Source of the DNA: Bispira polyomma
Lineage: Eukaryota
Direction: 5' to 3'
DNA length: 64,000 bases
Assembly (NCBI GenBank): GCA_965649765.1
Contig: OZ287751.1
Span: forward strand, 95,666,001 to 95,730,000
A program made the translations under genes and the position numbers. Positions 54,301 through 62,995 of this stretch are shown here, one piece after another. Each line of letters begins with the position of its first letter. The stretch's first letter is position 1. Under the pieces are notes generated by a model that searched no databases, was not told where the DNA came from, and saw only the letters and a list, made by a program, of their open reading frames with translations.

Positions 54301-57300
54301 GGTTGGGAAATTTGAGGTCCATGTCATTTACATTCATTTCCACCTAAAAACATGGGATAAAATGCAGATTCTATATAGTATACATCTTAGCACGCTTATT
54401 TATTCTCTGCATTTACATGCCATATATGACATATTATATTTGTCAAAGTACAAAATTAATTTGAATAATTTTGTAGATATCTTACCTTGTGAATAAAATA
54501 TCTAAACTTAATTTTACCATTACAGCGACCTTCCCTATCACCATAAAACAAAGGAATTGTTTAATCTCCTTGATGAGAATTTCTGCAGTAAAAGTTAGTC
54601 ATCCAAAAATAATTGCCATGTATAAAATAACAAATATTATTTGAACATATTGCTTTTCTGGTGAGAAAAGTGCTGTATATTTTTTCTATAATATTTCCAG
54701 CTTAATTTTTTTTTGGGGGGTAAGGGGTGGTGGCAGTTAGTTCCTTTCAACACCCAGATATAATGTCACAATGTGTAGTTTATTGGTAGAGCTATACAAA
54801 ACAGAGGAGTTGGTGAAGACTGTTAAACTTTATACCAGCAGCCTTTAGCTGAGTTACTGTGAACTATCCCACATGCACCCAAAGGCCCCTACATTGCGAG
54901 AAATTTCAGGGATAGTATTTTATTGTACTCAACTTCATACATTTATCTACCTTTATCTTTACCCTTATCTTCTGGTATTCAAAGAGCTAATAAATCTTTT
55001 CGAGGCTGTCCAAGTACAGCCAACCAGCACCAGCAATTGACACTAATCTCCAAACTAAAGACAGAGGCTTGAGGATAACCATTTATCAATAGCCCCAACG
55101 TTCTTTAGCCTGCCACTGGGGATAGTACTACCTAATCAATAGAGGACTGCTATTTGAAGTATTAATCCCCGTAGTCTAGTGGTTGGTCATTGGTTGGTCC
55201 AATGATCAGAAGGTCCCCGGTTCTATTCCCGGTACTGGTTGCTAGTTGCATTTGGCGGGATAACATCCTTAGGGAAGATGTGAACACAAGTTTGCCTAGT
55301 GGCTCAGATGACTACTTAAAATGGCAGTCCTCTGTCAGTGAGTAATATCTCCAGTGGCAGATTAAAGATCCTTGGAGACGTTGATAAATGGTCATCGTCA
55401 AGCAAGCCTCGGCGCCCATAGTGGCTGCCCATGAGGAAGCACATTTGAAATGGCCCTGTGTTGTATAAGTGCGCTATAACAAATGTACTATTTCAAGTAG
55501 TTATCTGGGACTGAGTCACTATATGTACCTGCCTGTACCTGGTCAGCCCAAGCTTGGATTGAAACCAGGTCCCCCGCAATCCCAAGCCAGTTTGTTACCC
55601 ACAGTGGCCGTTGTTAGGACAAATGTTGAATGACAGGGAAGCACTTACTGCATCGTAGACAAACTCTTTTTTAGTACTGACTCCCCGACCAGTTAGTACA
55701 CAGATCTTAATGAATGCGTCCAGTGTGGTAGCCATGTACACATCCTCAGTCTCCAGCTTGACACCACCACATTTTGATTTGATCTCTTCAATCAGCCTGT
55801 AACATTAATAAAGAGAAATACACATAATGTTTGAACATCATGTGGGGGGAGTGTTCATAAAATCAAATATTTGGACGATTGAATTTAAATCTAGTTGGGT
55901 TTTCTGTCGATTTTAACTGCTTAGGTCATATTATGTCGGTCAGATTCAATAGCGGAAGAACTCTGAAGCACTGTAAAGCACTGACCTACAGTGAGTACCT
56001 AACAAACTTTCCTACATGAAGGAATGAATGTGATTAGAACCCAGATTGGCAAAAGGCCAGAGATTGTGAAGCAGGCGCTTCTAACCACTAGGCCACCGCA
56101 GCCCTGTTCGGATGATGGAAGTCCAGATTATAGAAGCACCACTCTAGAAGGTTCATAAAACTTGTAATGTTTGAACATCGACAACCTATACAGCAGAAAT
56201 CTCTCTGTAAATCACACAGTAACTAATCTGGGTGTTAATTATACAGTAGAATACCTTTAGTCTTATATTGATATAAATTATATAAATTATTGAAAGACGA
56301 TACTTCTTTACTACAATTATGATCAATTATTTATCAAGAATATAAATTTATCCTGTTTTGTGAAATATTTGTTATGACTGTTTCCCGCATTGACAGATTC
56401 AATCAACCTTATTCTGAGACATTCGTACAATGGGCAGGAAATTAGAAACTGTACTTCATCTGCGATAAAATAATTAGTTTCGCTTTACCTCACTACTTCC
56501 ATGGATCCTGCTCCGCTTTTAAAGAAATCTGTTTCCCCATTAATATTCTCATTGCCCAGGATTCCTACCCAGATTTCCTGAAACGAAATGTGAACACATG
56601 TGAATACATTTTTCTAAAAACTAATTATAATATATAAGTACTGCTGGTTGTTATTCGGTCTGGCAGTCGTAGTAAACAACCATTTTTAATGTGGTCTAAA
56701 ACCAGGTATCAAGGCTAGACTGTTGGTATAATGAACTCTAAACATTACCTCGATAATCTTTGCCCAGGATTTCAATAGAGAACTCTAAACATTACCTTGA
56801 CAGTTTGGTTGCCATGGATGCCTGCAGAAAACTCCACAGATAATATCTTGACCGTCTAGTTATCATTAAATCCTGTAGAGAACTCTAAACATTACCTTGA
56901 CAGTCTGGTTGACATGGCCTCCTGCACTAAACTCTAAACATTACCTTGACAGTCTGGTTGACATGGCCTCCTACACTAAACTCTAATAGTAACCTTGATA
57001 GCCTGTGACATGGCCTCCTACACTATACTCTGAAAGTTAACTTAATAGCCTGTGACATGGCCTCCTGCACTATACTCTAACCGTTACCTTGATAGCCTGT
57101 GACATGGCCTCCTGTACTATACTCTAACCGTTACCTTGACAGTCTGGTTGACATGGCCTCCTGCACTAAACTCTGAAAGTTACCTTGATAGATTGTGACA
57201 TGGCCTCCTGTACTATACTCTAACCGTTACCTTGACAGCCTATGACATGGCCTCCTGTACTAGATTCTAACCCTTACCTTGACAGCCTGTGACATGGCCT

Positions 57301-60300
57301 CCTGTACTATACTCTAACTGTTACCTTGATAGCCTGTGACATGGCGTCCTCCTCTGCAGTGAACTCTATTTGAATGTCTTCCTCTTCCTGACCATACTTG
57401 GACGCCTGGATCATCTTGCCGCTTTCAAACTGCAGTTGCTTCACGCTGACTGCCTTGCCATCACTGCCCGGGATGAACAGTCCACCGTTGTGGACAATGG
57501 CTTTACCTGAGGAGCCTTCTAGAGCCACTTGTGAACCTCTCGGGGTTGGGGCTGTCCACAGTTTGGACCCATACAGGGTGACTGGCTAAAAATAGAATGT
57601 GGTTACAACAAGTAGAAATGTTAAAACAATAAAGTAAATGTTTCTAGGTTTATAGTCTGATATCACCTCTATCGAGGTCTCAGCTAACTTTACAGTTTAC
57701 ACCCACAGCCTGGGTTCTTCAACTTGTCAAAAACCATTGTCCAGTCTCAGCTCCCTCAGGAAGCATACTAGTCGTGCTGCCATATACGGCGCACAAAGAC
57801 GAACAACCATTAGCAGCCAGGTACCCATTTATACACCTGGGTAGAGAGAGACAACTTTGTGTAAAGCACCTTGTTGAAGGGTACAATCTCCAGGCCTGAT
57901 GCGAGGATCGAACCTGGGCTGTCAAGATCCCTGAGATCCAAACTCCGACACTCTAACCACTAGGCTACAAAGACAGTACAAATCTTTAATTGGCAAGATC
58001 CCTAGTATGTATAGCATGCAGTCCAACATCTATTATTTAATACGTTTTGTAAGAAACATTTTGATTAGATAATAAAATTTTCATAAATGACATCGTCAAA
58101 ATGAATTTAGAAGAAAAGAATTTCTTGTATATCAGACGTTAAAATGTATATCACTTGTGGTGTAATCACTTGCAAAAATCGAAAGAGTTTCCAAGGAGGT
58201 AAAAAAACAAAAACAAATTTCTACCAATCTTAGTGAAGTGTATGACAGGTGCACAGGAATTTTACTAATAAGAGGAGATGCTATCTCGAAAATTCTTAAA
58301 ACTCATACACAGAAAATCTGTGCATTAAAAATATTATTATTATGTTTCATATATATATATATATATAGTGCAAGTATTACATACATTTTAATGTTTTGAA
58401 GCAATATGATATGCATTTGAAGATAAAATATAAATGTTTTCGGTACTCGGTTTGAAACACTTTATATAGTGGTGCTTGGCAAATTTGTCCAAAACTAAAT
58501 GAAATGTGGCATGCTGGTACACAGTTAACAACACTAATATTATCACTGCAAATACTGATACAAATGTGAAGCACCCATAGCACTAAGTATACCTCTTGTT
58601 CAGAGAAAAAAACTCTTAAGGGTTGGATTTAAAGCAGTGATTCCCAAAGCAGTGATTTTGATCAATCATTCTGCCAAATTGTAAGCAACCTGTGGACACA
58701 GTGGCCAATGAAAGTATTGTACATACTACAGCTACAGCGATTAGTTGAAAGATCAATGTATCATATCAGTCAAATGTGACAAAATTGCAGTGATGCATTA
58801 AGTCTGGGCTTTGTCACGCGATCATCTAGATTTTACTCTTTATGTGCTAAATTTTAGCTCCCAAGACCACATTGTTGACAGGGAAAATATAATTTAATTT
58901 GATTTATGTTTTAACATCACTTTCAACACATCGTGGAGGTCATATCATGGTGGGCAGTTTTAGTGTTGGAGGAAACTAGTGTATACTAGTTAATTGGTCA
59001 AAGATTCTATACTGTAAACAAGCGACCATCAGCAAATACCTCTCCCACTTGAATAGTAAATATTGTGTAACTCCTGCACTCACCTCTCCATCCAAGTTCA
59101 GCCAGGCACCTGGTACCTTGTCGTTTCCCCTGATGAAATTGTGCATGTCCTTAGCGGTCATACTAAGATCAATCTAGGTGGCAAAACAAAAGAACTGATG
59201 GTATTAAAATAGTCTGTTAAGCTGGTTTTTGACAGGCTGTCATCAACTCAGATACCCGACAATGTACAGTTGAACCCCTTTAAGTACAATTTTTAGTGGA
59301 ATTCCTGCTTAAGTAAACCATTGATTTAGCAGTTGTTCAGCAGTTGTGAATTTATACATGGATCAAAATTCAAAAGTGAATATTTTACAACACTACTATG
59401 CCTATAAAGAACCTGGGAGATACCAAATATAAATTTTAAAGCAAATTACATGTATTGCTGTACCATGTTTTGCAGTATTTAGCAATTTTTCAGATGCCAT
59501 GTTTTATAGTGATGGAAAATTGGCCAATACACATAAAAATACTGCATTACAATCTCAATTTTTACAAGTACTACTGTAATTCTACAGTCAACAATGGAAT
59601 AAGTCCATTAAAAATTCTCCACTTTAAAATCGTTACAAATCAACTCCATAGTTACTTGCAACAATCCGGGACGCTTCCCGGATGGTTTACACAAGGACAC
59701 ACTGTCAAAGCCATCTTACCTGAGCATTGTCTCGTTTCATAATAGGATCATAGGTAGCCCCCTCTTCTGATTGAGGTAGCTTTGGAGCTTTCCCATCGGC
59801 GACCATCTGGACAGCTTCTCCCTTGAGACACAAAGAAACAGAATCAGTGAAGCATTTTCAGAAAAGACAAAATCTAATGCTTTGCAGGGACACCACAGAC
59901 AATGTTTTGTTCTCTAGTCAAAATTTTCACTTTTTTCAGGTACATTTTACTTTAAATCTTTTAATCTTGGTGGTACTTGATATTGTGGGGTTTTCAGTTT
60001 GAAATAACAATTATTTTTTTAAAATGATAACTTATTTTTGAACACATTATTTTTAAATAATGTAATAACTAAATGTTTAAAATAAATTATTGGAGTAACT
60101 TCTCTGTAATCTAGTTATCTTCTACTCGAGGATATCTTTGAGCAAGTGCTTTGTTAGAACAGATGAACCAGTATCAAATTCATCACATGCTGCAGCAGTC
60201 GCAGCATTTTATTGCAGTCATTGTCTAAAATTTTGGCTACATTTAAGTTTCATGACTTTGCCACAAGTATATTTGTTTTCCAGGTTTTGCATGACCTGTG

Positions 60301-61776
60301 GGAACCCTGCTTTGTTTCCTGCCTGAGATACAGGCTACCATTTTGCCAGAATTAACAACTTCCTTGATTTCAATGTCCAGGAGTCTACTACTGCAGGCAC
60401 CTTTGTCTTGAAATTGAGACGGTCTTCTTATAAATTAAGTAGTGAAATTGATATTATGTATTTACTTAAAATGTGGTAACTATATCTTGTAATCTGGCTT
60501 CATTACGGTTTTATTCTGGTACTGTCGAGGTTTTTGTTTGAGCATCAGAGACAATATCATAGTGAAATCTACTAATTAGCCTGAAGACTGTACAAGTGCA
60601 CATTTTAGTTAGTAGAAAAATCCACTAATTTACAATTTGTAAGATATCCACTAGAATTAAGTTTCACTATTGGTAAAATTATTTTAGTCACCAGTTTAAT
60701 ACAAACTTAAATTTAAGATCACCCTGGCTAAGATAGGTAAACATAATTAGTTCCCAGTAAAAAAATTCCACTTGACCAGTACTTTTAAAAACATAGATAA
60801 CAGATCACTAAATGAATAAATCCACAGAATACCATAGCTTTGATCCCTTCTGGATACAGGAAGCGGTTGTAGATTGTGTCCACCGTGTCATTAGGATCCA
60901 CACTAGATGTCCGCTGGAGTAAAATGGGCCCAGTGTCCAGTCCGTCATCCGCCCAGAAGATGGAGAACCCTGCCTTCTTGTCTCCCTTGATAAGTGTCCT
61001 AGAAAGTACAGTAAAACCTCCATATAGCCAACACTTACCAGACCAAGACTCAACCAGTAAGTACAGCCAACCAGCACCAGCATCTGTCACTCCTAGAACT
61101 GGAGAAAGAGGCTTGAGAATGGCCATTGTGATCAGTGTTGCCAAGGTTCTTTAGCCTGCCACTGGAGATATAGGACCCAATGTCATAGAACCACCATTTA
61201 AAGTGGTAATCGGAGACACTATATATCTGCTTGTATCTGGCCATCCCAGACTGGGGTTGAGCCTAGGCCCTCTGTATTCTTAAGTGAGTGTGTTTCCCAT
61301 ACACTAAGCCACATAAGTAAAGCCACAATACAGCGGAAACTCTATAATTCTAACTTCTATTATCTGAATATGAGACTTTTATGAACACTTTGACTCTGCC
61401 AAATTTACAATTTTCCTATTGTTTTATAAATAAATGCCTCTCCTATTTAAAGAACATTCTATTATCCTCACAAACTCTTGCTTCCTCAACATGTTTTGGA
61501 TAACAGAGGTTTTTACTGAGCTTATGAAAAACAAACCTTACCAATTGATGGCAGATGCCCCGCGTCCTCTGGGTAATATTGAGGGATGATAACAAATGGA
61601 CTGGTGCTTTGGGTGGTTGATGACTTCCATGGGAATAAACTGACTGCAGAATGGCAAGACGTTGAGATCTGCCCCAACAGACTTGTACTCTTCTAGCACC
61701 TCGGAAAGGGTCTGGCCCTTCTTACGCCACCTGGGATACTTGAACACTGGCACCCCATCCTGGGCCGCAGTCTGAG
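9337..61776 (-). CDS. ALDH1L1: 10-formyltetrahydrofolate dehydrogenase (ALDH1L family), 21 coding exons, 5'-incomplete in window
   Basis: Hand-spliced exons give a continuous frame of ~857 aa with [26 protein letters not shown] (carrier Ser), [50 protein letters not shown] and a C-terminal [12 protein letters not shown]. All introns are GT-AG. L1 vs L2 cannot be decided without the N-terminus. Confidence 0.96.
10584..10812. mobile_element. MITE family B (~230 bp, TA flanks); other copies 27330-27561 and 48009-48224
   Basis: TIR gagtaaggaat.taaaattcgc / gcaaattt.agattcc..actc. Confidence 0.8.
12484..12868. repeat. Near-identical tandem duplication of ~193 bp
   Basis: gtttcgggaagga.gctgaagttaagggac...gctaaaagtttt starts at 12484 and again at 12677. 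Confidence 0.92.
14911..15099. mobile_element. MITE family A (Tc1/mariner-like, ~190 bp); other copies ~15918-16060, 28760-28944, 43643-43829, 46557-46739, 54010-54196, 61331-61518, fragments elsewhere
   Basis: TIR CAGTAGAACCTCTATTATC.AA, TA flanks, shared internal sequence. Confidence 0.85.
18572..20113. mobile_element. Helentron-like non-autonomous element (HINE type) with internal ~145-bp satellite (~6 copies, ~18780-19710)
   Basis: Subterminal IR ttgtatccacc (18608-18618) / ggtggatacaa (20102-20112), terminal hairpin 20080-20109, GCG-rich tract before it, central tandem array. Confidence 0.75.
20744..21436. mobile_element. Putative non-autonomous DNA transposon; 3' part also at ~13608-13703
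   Basis: agtggtggttcca...tggaaccagcat termini with ctaa/ttaa flanks; second partial copy. Confidence 0.55.
21830..22135. repeat. GT-rich minisatellite (~55-60 bp unit)
   Basis: tgtttggtgtgtatatgactgtcgtacagtggcgtgtcgtcc... repeated ~5 times. Confidence 0.85.
24825..25090. repeat. Minisatellite, ~39-bp unit, ~6-7 copies
   Basis: tagatatcttctgaccttaacctgacctttcaagtcact repeated. Confidence 0.85.
26151..26322. mobile_element. MITE family C (cagttgaa...ttcaactg, TA flanks), nested in an element at ~25945-26404; second copy ~8718-8880
   Basis: Terminal inverted repeats and shared internal sequence. Confidence 0.72.
29029..31118. mobile_element. Non-autonomous hAT-type DNA transposon, 2090 bp
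   Basis: TIR TAGGGGTGAGA...TCTCACCCCTA; perfect 8-bp TSD GTTAAAAC at 29021-29028 and 31119-31126; no transposase ORF. Confidence 0.88.
30440..30560. repeat. Compound microsatellite (CCCT)n(CCCA)n(CA)n inside the hAT element
   Basis: Direct reading. Confidence 0.9.
32432..32631 (-). CDS. ALDH1L1: ALDH1L penultimate exon, 200 nt ([19 protein letters not shown]...[14 protein letters not shown])
   Basis: ctttcag / gtaaga borders. Confidence 0.95.
32598..32966. repeat. Tandem array (6 units of ~61 bp) spanning the 3' splice site at 32631
   Basis: Unit gtcattggcacttctgaggacaccttctacgtcactgaaagggaaagggagaaatgtaagt. Confidence 0.95.
33901..34242. mobile_element. hAT-like MITE
   Basis: TAGTGTTG...CAGCACTA termini; aaattgtg/caattgcg flanks; CCGG-rich subterminal motifs. 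Confidence 0.55.
34575..34680 (-). CDS. ALDH1L1: ALDH1L exon, 106 nt ([35 protein letters not shown])
   Basis: ttgtag / gtaagc borders; EESFGP motif. Confidence 0.94.
35368..35586 (-). mobile_element. tRNA-derived SINE family 1; copies ~281-495(-), 37435-37655(+), 39777-40032(-), 46770-46858(+, tail), 50937-51153(-), 51303-51515(-), 55893-56105(-), 58895-59050(-)
   Basis: Pol III A box TGGCTTAGTGG and B box GAGTTTGAATCC, shared body (cgtgatatgacc) and AAATTC-like tail. Confidence 0.82.
35770..35861 (-). CDS. ALDH1L1: ALDH1L exon, 92 nt ([30 protein letters not shown])
   Basis: ttttag / gtaggg borders. Confidence 0.93.
37756..37829 (-). CDS. ALDH1L1: ALDH1L exon, 74 nt ([25 protein letters not shown])
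   Basis: attaag / gtaagt borders. Confidence 0.92.
38098..38196 (-). CDS. ALDH1L1: ALDH1L exon, 99 nt ([33 protein letters not shown])
   Basis: actcag / gtaagt borders; catalytic Cys in ENCIAAG. Confidence 0.95.
38595..38694 (-). CDS. ALDH1L1: ALDH1L exon, 100 nt ([33 protein letters not shown])
   Basis: tttcag / gtaagt borders; ELGGKSP catalytic Glu motif. Confidence 0.95.
39573..39666 (-). CDS. ALDH1L1: ALDH1L exon, 94 nt ([31 protein letters not shown])
   Basis: acacag / gtcagg borders; FTGST NAD(P)-binding motif. Confidence 0.94.
40077..43491. mobile_element. hAT-like MITE interrupted by the Helentron-like element
   Basis: TIR TAGTGGGTAA...TTACCCACTA, TSD gcttctct/acttctct; both halves match the uninterrupted copy at ~62621-62995. 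Confidence 0.8.
40166..43194. mobile_element. Helentron-like element (~3 kb) with a ~169-bp satellite (~41110-42140) and a duplicated terminus
   Basis: Subterminal atgtccacccc at 40248 matches hairpins tatgtccacccc..ggggtggacata at 42723-42751 and 43164-43192; GACG-type microsatellite precedes each. Confidence 0.78.
43643..43829. mobile_element. MITE family A copy
   Basis: cagtagaacctctattat...gataacaggggttctactg. Confidence 0.8.
43865..44219. mobile_element. hAT-like MITE
   Basis: TIR TAGGGCTTAGTCGGTA/TACCGACTCGGCCCTA; 8-bp TSD-like acaagtgg/ataagtag. Confidence 0.7.
44421..45721. repeat. Dispersed direct duplication of ~160 bp (44421-44581 and 45557-45721)
   Basis: aggtaaacatat...gagctgtggagtattctacctcaagaa...cccctaagaaataggag occurs twice. 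Confidence 0.88.
45151..45393. repeat. Minisatellite, 9 x 27 bp, derived from a MITE terminal repeat
   Basis: Unit tagaagtttggataacagaggttctac matches the end of MITE family A (e.g. 15071-15097). Confidence 0.92.
46557..46739. mobile_element. MITE family A copy
   Basis: agtagaacatctattatccaa...ggataatagaggttcgactg, TA flanks. Confidence 0.8.
46863..47056 (-). CDS. ALDH1L1: ALDH1L exon, 194 nt ([18 protein letters not shown]...VINVVSGG)
   Basis: ttgcag / gtatgg borders; PWNYP and KPAQ motifs. Confidence 0.95.
48853..48923 (-). CDS. ALDH1L1: ALDH1L exon, 71 nt ([24 protein letters not shown])
   Basis: tgacag / gtgagt borders. Confidence 0.94.
49379..49471 (-). pseudogene. Displaced partial copy (93 bp, 8 mismatches) of ALDH1L exon segment 46925-47017
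   Basis: Ungapped alignment; translates [30 protein letters not shown]. Confidence 0.9.
49577..49880. repeat. Tandem array (~7 units of 41 bp) spanning the 5' splice site at 49862
   Basis: Unit cctgtatcttatcacaccagactacatacaagtgtcactga. Confidence 0.95.
49862..50012 (-). CDS. ALDH1L1: ALDH1L exon, 151 nt ([31 protein letters not shown]...GWCDKIQ)
   Basis: ttgtag / gttagt borders. Confidence 0.94.
50531..50595 (-). CDS. ALDH1L1: ALDH1L exon, 65 nt ([22 protein letters not shown])
   Basis: ttatag / gtaagg borders. Confidence 0.92.
52818..52922. mobile_element. Short foldback MITE (~105 bp); copies ~2128-2235, 47565-47676, 48705-48813
   Basis: Near-perfect palindrome around the cacaaaagtata loop; g.ccc.tattcacaaa-like termini. 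Confidence 0.78.
53099..53161 (-). CDS. ALDH1L1: ALDH1L exon, 63 nt ([21 protein letters not shown])
   Basis: tttcag / gtatgt borders. Confidence 0.9.
54010..54196. mobile_element. MITE family A copy, 27 nt from the 54224 donor
   Basis: cagtagaacctccataatccaa...ggataatcaaggttctactg. Confidence 0.8.
54224..54343 (-). CDS. ALDH1L1: ALDH1L exon, 120 nt ([22 protein letters not shown]...TINPADGS)
   Basis: ttttag / gtgagt borders; start of ALDH domain. Confidence 0.94.
55167..55490 (+). mobile_element. tRNA-derived SINE family 3; second copy ~23598-23876(-)
   Basis: TAGTCTAGTGG / GGTTCTATTCC boxes; shared body gtttgcctagtggctc.gatgac.acttaaaatggc. Confidence 0.75.
55649..55796 (-). CDS. ALDH1L1: ALDH1L exon, 148 nt ([11 protein letters not shown]...EDVYMATT...EFVYDA)
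   Basis: ttacag / gtaagt borders. Confidence 0.93.
56489..56577 (-). CDS. ALDH1L1: ALDH1L exon, 89 nt, carrier domain (EIWVGILG...[14 protein letters not shown])
   Basis: tttcag / gtaaag borders; phosphopantetheine-attachment Ser motif. Confidence 0.93.
56732..57348. repeat. Tandem array (~13 units of 47-50 bp) spanning the 5' splice site at 57325
   Basis: Unit gacatggcctcctgtactatactctaaccgttaccttgatagcctgt = exon end plus intron start. Confidence 0.95.
57325..57585 (-). CDS. ALDH1L1: ALDH1L exon, 261 nt ([10 protein letters not shown]...[10 protein letters not shown])
   Basis: tttttag / gtaaca borders, phase 0-0. Confidence 0.92.
57640..57969 (-). mobile_element. tRNA-derived SINE family 2; second copy ~33150-33408
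   Basis: A/B boxes (TAGCCTAGTGG, GGTTCGATCC) plus shared core ccaggtgtataaatgggtacc, reminiscent of Deu/Nin-type cores (unverified). Confidence 0.78.
59084..59173 (-). CDS. ALDH1L1: ALDH1L exon, 90 nt ([30 protein letters not shown])
   Basis: cctag / gtgagt borders; [14 protein letters not shown] motif. Confidence 0.94.
59720..59821 (-). CDS. ALDH1L1: ALDH1L exon, 102 nt ([34 protein letters not shown])
   Basis: ctcaag / gtaaga borders, phase 0-0. Confidence 0.93.
60833..60998 (-). CDS. ALDH1L1: ALDH1L exon, 166 nt ([23 protein letters not shown]...EGIKAM)
   Basis: tttctag / gtattc borders; GLDTG catalytic Asp motif. Confidence 0.95.
61050..61311 (-). mobile_element. tRNA-derived SINE family 4; fragments ~50337-50430(+), 55505-55610(-), 55005-55130, 47715-47750
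   Basis: Shared head (tggcctagtgggtaac...ggttcaatcccagtctggg) and shared gtacagccaaccagcaccag segment. Confidence 0.65.
61542..61776 (-). CDS. ALDH1L1: ALDH1L exon, 235 nt, hydrolase/formyltransferase domain ([16 protein letters not shown]...[17 protein letters not shown])
   Basis: cttgtag acceptor, TG|gtaag donor; HPS motif with catalytic His. Confidence 0.95.
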
Positions 61777-62620
61777 CTACAAGAGTAAAACAACAGCAAA
61801 ATGAAAGTGCTGGGAATATGGGGAGCAAAATAGTAAAACTCCCTCTCTGGTAATGACCATATTTTCTGACCACCACAATACGACTACTGAACAATGATTT
61901 GTTACGCCTTAAAATCCGCAAGTACAAAGATTATGTGCCATTGCGGATAGTGCTTTCGCCATAACTCGCCAACTAAAATCACTACTCGACGACGGCCCAA
62001 CTCGTGATTGCGGTATCACCATTTCACAACTCGAGTTCAAAATATTACTCACAATCAAATCAAAGACAAACAATTTCACACATTATAACTCCAAACACAA
62101 TAGCAAATACTTAATATTTACTTAAATAAGGAACAACTTATCTGAAATCAACCTTTGTTTTCCTTGTGCTCCATATTTAATATGGTCGGCCAATCAGATC
62201 AAGCCTTTCAAATTGTGATGTCATACTTTCTGTATGACATATTAGGTGTAAGGGCCGCCTCTTTTAACAACAAAGGTTAATAAAGACAAAGGAAATATAT
62301 TTTTTTTTATATTTTTGCAACTTTCATGTGAATTTTATCATTATTTTGTGTATCAACAATAGTTTCTCACACCAATGCTGCTTGTTAATTAGAAATATGA
62401 CTTGAGTTCAATTTAAGTTCACTGGACAGTGTTGGACCTGATTCGAGCCGCCATTGCACCAAGTCGTGAGAGCACTAATTACGGAATTCAGTAGGTTGAG
62501 TGGTGTGCAATATTAAATTATATAACAAGTGAAGACAAGGACTTATTAAAATGAGCCGCTTGCCGCCAGCTTTATAATCCTTGTCAATCACAACTGTCAA
62601 GTTATCAATTAATATATAGG

Positions 62621-62995
62621 GAGTGGGTAAATTGTTTATAGATAACGGCAATATTTATTGTTTGGGCTTTTGCGTGCAAATATCGATGTTTAATACAAAC
62701 ACATCAATATCATACATGACACATATTACACCTTAGGATGACATTTATATAACCATTTTAATTATATTTTATGGTTAATACCTTTTTTAATTATGAATGA
62801 TAACCATTTTAAGCCCATTTGTACTTGTAAACAAATTTAGGGGTTCTCACTTCTGGTTTCATTCAGGCAGGTTTTTCCTTTTGGATATACGTTTGAGTTT
62901 TTTCTCAACTTTCTTTTTATGTCCTGATATCGGCCAATATTGAATTTACTTAAATTCTGATATCGATCTCCACCAGGCCAAATGATTTACCCACT
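62621..62995. mobile_element. Uninterrupted ~375-bp copy of the same hAT-like MITE, in opposite orientation
   Basis: agtgggtaaat...atttacccact termini; reverse-complement similarity to 40077-40165 and 43195-43491. Confidence 0.8.

Noticed and set aside
49577-57348. Regular repeats as CRISPR arrays
   Set aside because: Units are head-to-tail with no unique spacers, there are no cas genes, and the context is a spliceosomal eukaryotic gene.
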